A stretch of DNA of 20,000 nt from an uncultured virus (IMG/VR IMGVR_UViG_3300046750_000723) (Duplodnaviria; Heunggongvirae; Uroviricota; Caudoviricetes), in IMG/VR virus record IMGVR_UViG_3300046750_000723, one strand, 5' to 3'. A model generated the notes under the pieces. It was not told where the DNA came from. It did no database searches and was given only the letters and a program-made list of their open reading frames with translations. The position numbers and the translations under genes are program-made. Positions 17,861 to 20,000 of this stretch are shown in pieces; position 1 is the stretch's first letter, and each line of letters begins with the position of its first letter.

Positions 17861-18582
17861 TAACTAACCAAAATTACATAGAGTCCAATATAACTACAGA
17901 TAATGGTGAAAAACTACCTTTTCTGTGGACACATGGTGCAACTAACAGTCATTTGGGTGATGGGATTGTTGTTTACTCCATGATACAACACATGAGATAT
18001 AAAAATTGTGTTTGTATTGGAACGGGGGGTGGTTACATTCCGAGAATAATGACACAAGCAAGAATCGATCTACATAAACAAGGAATTTTTGAAGGTAACC
18101 CCACGTATAGTTGGGGTGATATTGGAACAACATATGTTGTTGATCCTTGTAATGGTGTTGGTGGTGATAGTAATATATGTGATATGGAAGGTTTTTATCA
18201 GAAGACCTTCTTCCCAAGATTCATAAAGGAGACATCAGAAAAAGCGTATTATGATTTTTTTGTTAGAGAAGATATCATGATTGATTTACTTTTTATTGAT
18301 GGTGACCATTCGTACGAAGGTGTGAAGAAAGATTTTGATCTGTACTCAAAAAGGTTAAACCCCAACGGTTTAATAATGGTGCACGATAGTGATTCTTCAT
18401 ATTCCGAAACTTTAATTATATCTGAAGATTCTAAAAAAGATTTCTTCCCCTTCGATGGTCCTTCCAAGTTAGTAGAAGAGTTAAAAAATAACGATGAGTG
18501 GGTAGTAATGGACTTATTTAATTTCGGAAACATAAAAGATAAACCTTCCTCAACAGGAATAACAATAATTAAGAGAAAATGA
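17857..18582 (+). CDS. Class I SAM-dependent methyltransferase (Methyltransf_24-like, 241 aa)
   Basis: Motif I-like VCIGTGGG, YVVD, and IDLLFIDGDHSYEGVKKDF...LNPNGLIMVHD. Confidence 0.88.
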   Translation: MITNQNYIESNITTDNGEKLPFLWTHGATNSHLGDGIVVYSMIQHMRYKNCVCIGTGGGYIPRIMTQARIDLHKQGIFEGNPTYSWGDIGTTYVVDPCNGVGGDSNICDMEGFYQKTFFPRFIKETSEKAYYDFFVREDIMIDLLFIDGDHSYEGVKKDFDLYSKRLNPNGLIMVHDSDSSYSETLIISEDSKKDFFPFDGPSKLVEELKNNDEWVVMDLFNFGNIKDKPSSTGITIIKRK

Positions 18583-19433
18583 TAAGATTATTATGTGTTT
18601 TGGGTCATGGACATGAGTTATTACCCCATTTTATTGAACATTACAGTAAACATGTAGATGAATTACAATTTGTCATATATGAATCTGAAGCATCATCAAG
18701 AATACTAAGTAGGTCAAAACCAATAATTGAAAAATACGATAATTGTAAAATAGTAAAGGTGGTAAGAGATCGTGTTTTCGATTGGGAAAAAGTAACCATT
18801 CTCTATAATATGATTAAATCAAAGAAAAAGAATGATTGGTGGGTTATTGCAGATATAGATGAATTCCACGTATATCCTTACAGTAACTTACGTGATATGA
18901 TTAAAGAATGTGATGAAAATTTATGGTCGGTAGTTAGAGGTGGTTTTATAGATAGGGTCGGACCTAAAGGTGAGTTCCCTAAATTAGAAAGTTCGACACC
19001 CATATTTGAACAATTCCCATACGCAGGTTTTTTTAGGTATCCTATGAGTAATGCATGTCCCAACAAGATATGTGTGGTAAAAGGTAATATTGAAATAACT
19101 AATGGTCAACATTATGCGAATATAGATGGTCATACCACTTGGAGGTGGCAAGGATGGACACATCCAATGATTGCCCCATATAAAGAACATTCCGTACAAG
19201 TACACCATTTTAAATGGGATGAAACCTGTAAGAGTCGTATTAAAAAAGTGGTAGATGTTAACGAACCGTACGCATATTCTAAAGAATATTTAAAACTTTA
19301 TGATGAATTGAGAAAAACGAACTTCATAGTTAATCTTAAAAATAAAGACTACCTATTTTTAAAGTCAAGTAAACCAATCTACAGTTCATATAAACATTGG
19401 GATAAATTAATAAGAAAAATAATAAGTATATAA
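18579..19433 (+). CDS. Glycosyltransferase (Glyco_tranf_2_4 / GT92-like, 284 aa)
   Basis: LLPHFIEHY, DWWVIADIDEF (DxDEF), NKICV, GQH and VHHFKW motifs. Confidence 0.8.
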   Translation: MIRLLCVLGHGHELLPHFIEHYSKHVDELQFVIYESEASSRILSRSKPIIEKYDNCKIVKVVRDRVFDWEKVTILYNMIKSKKKNDWWVIADIDEFHVYPYSNLRDMIKECDENLWSVVRGGFIDRVGPKGEFPKLESSTPIFEQFPYAGFFRYPMSNACPNKICVVKGNIEITNGQHYANIDGHTTWRWQGWTHPMIAPYKEHSVQVHHFKWDETCKSRIKKVVDVNEPYAYSKEYLKLYDELRKTNFIVNLKNKDYLFLKSSKPIYSSYKHWDKLIRKIISI

Positions 19434-19435
19434 TC

Positions 19436-19663
19436 ATGGCAAAAAAACAAATAAAAACAAATATATCTTTTGAAGAAGAAAGATTAATCTTAGAAGAAAG
19501 AAAAGTTAAATCGTTAGAAAAAATTGCAAATACTTTGGATGCACTAACAATATGGTTTGAAGAAATAGACAAATCGGGTTGGGATGAAAGAATCCAATAT
19601 TATATGCACGAATGGCATAAACACACTATACAAGATAATGACGAAGACGAAGAAGAAGAATAA
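19436..19663 (+). CDS. Hypothetical helical protein (75 aa) with acidic tail
   Basis: ORF begins 2 nt after the upstream stop. It is amphipathic and charged; no family recognised. Confidence 0.7.
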   Translation: MAKKQIKTNISFEEERLILEERKVKSLEKIANTLDALTIWFEEIDKSGWDERIQYYMHEWHKHTIQDNDEDEEEE

Positions 19664-20000
19664 GATAGCGGTCATAGTCCCATACCGAGATAGGTATAGA
19701 CAATTATTAAAATTTAAAGAAAAGATTGGTGAGTACTTGAGTGAAAACGGTATTGATTATGTTTTAATAGTGGTAGAACAGGATGATGCTAAATTATTTA
19801 ATAGAGGTAAATTATTAAATATAGGATATAAAGAGGCAGTAAAATCAAATTGCAATTATGTGGTTTTTCATGACATAGATATGATACCATTGAAAGTCGA
19901 TTATTCATATTCGGATGTACCAATACACTTAGCCACTGATTTCTTATCTGAAGATAAAACCTTTAAGAGGGAGTTATATGATCAATATTTTGGGGGTGTT
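19638..20000 (+). CDS. GT7 / beta-1,4-galactosyltransferase-like glycosyltransferase (3'-truncated; not in the ORF track)
   Basis: Hand translation from ATG 19638: MTKTKKKNKIAVIVPYRDR...IVVEQDDAKLFNRGKLLNIG...YVVFHDIDMIP...PIHLA...QYFGGV. All N-terminal GT7 signature motifs appear in the expected order. Confidence 0.88.
   Translation, partial: MTKTKKKNKIAVIVPYRDRYRQLLKFKEKIGEYLSENGIDYVLIVVEQDDAKLFNRGKLLNIGYKEAVKSNCNYVVFHDIDMIPLKVDYSYSDVPIHLATDFLSEDKTFKRELYDQYFGGV

Noticed and set aside
24..19572. Minus-strand ORFs and short alternative-frame + strand ORFs in the track (e.g. 1086-1610, 3053-3235, 16273-16536)
   Set aside because: They lie largely or wholly within well-supported + strand genes, have no recognisable motifs, and are expected shadows of biased codon usage.
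1..20000. tRNA, rRNA, intrinsic terminators, introns/inteins, mobile elements
   Set aside because: Intergenic gaps are under 50 nt and AT-rich with no GC hairpin plus U-tract seen. No nuclease, transposase, integrase or intein motifs were recognised.

Overview
AT-rich window with every credible gene on the + strand, tightly packed and with no obvious Shine-Dalgarno sites. It is most consistent with the virion-structure region of a large tailed phage (Bacteroidota host inferred, not shown). It has three parts. (1) The 3' 8.6 kb of a giant tail-fibre gene (open from base 1, at least 2858 codons) with an RLxxLE coiled coil, 12 copies of a W[DN]TAYGWG[DN]H joint separating mostly unrelated modules, three knob-like domains and a C-terminal peptidase S74 chaperone. 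(2) Six paralogous LamG/ConA-like lectin genes with conserved N- and C-termini and variable inserted domains, interleaved with three small ORFs, one of them (38 aa) missing from the ORF track. (3) Four glycosyltransferase-like genes, including a GT7/beta-1,4-galactosyltransferase-like gene missing from the track, plus a SAM methyltransferase; both enzyme blocks are preceded by a near-identical 17-nt promoter-like motif. The best candidate for an undescribed system is a recombination-shuffled modular fibre and lectin-cassette array, possibly co-assembled and glycosylated by the neighbouring enzymes. All family assignments are from motif recognition by eye; no database searches were run.
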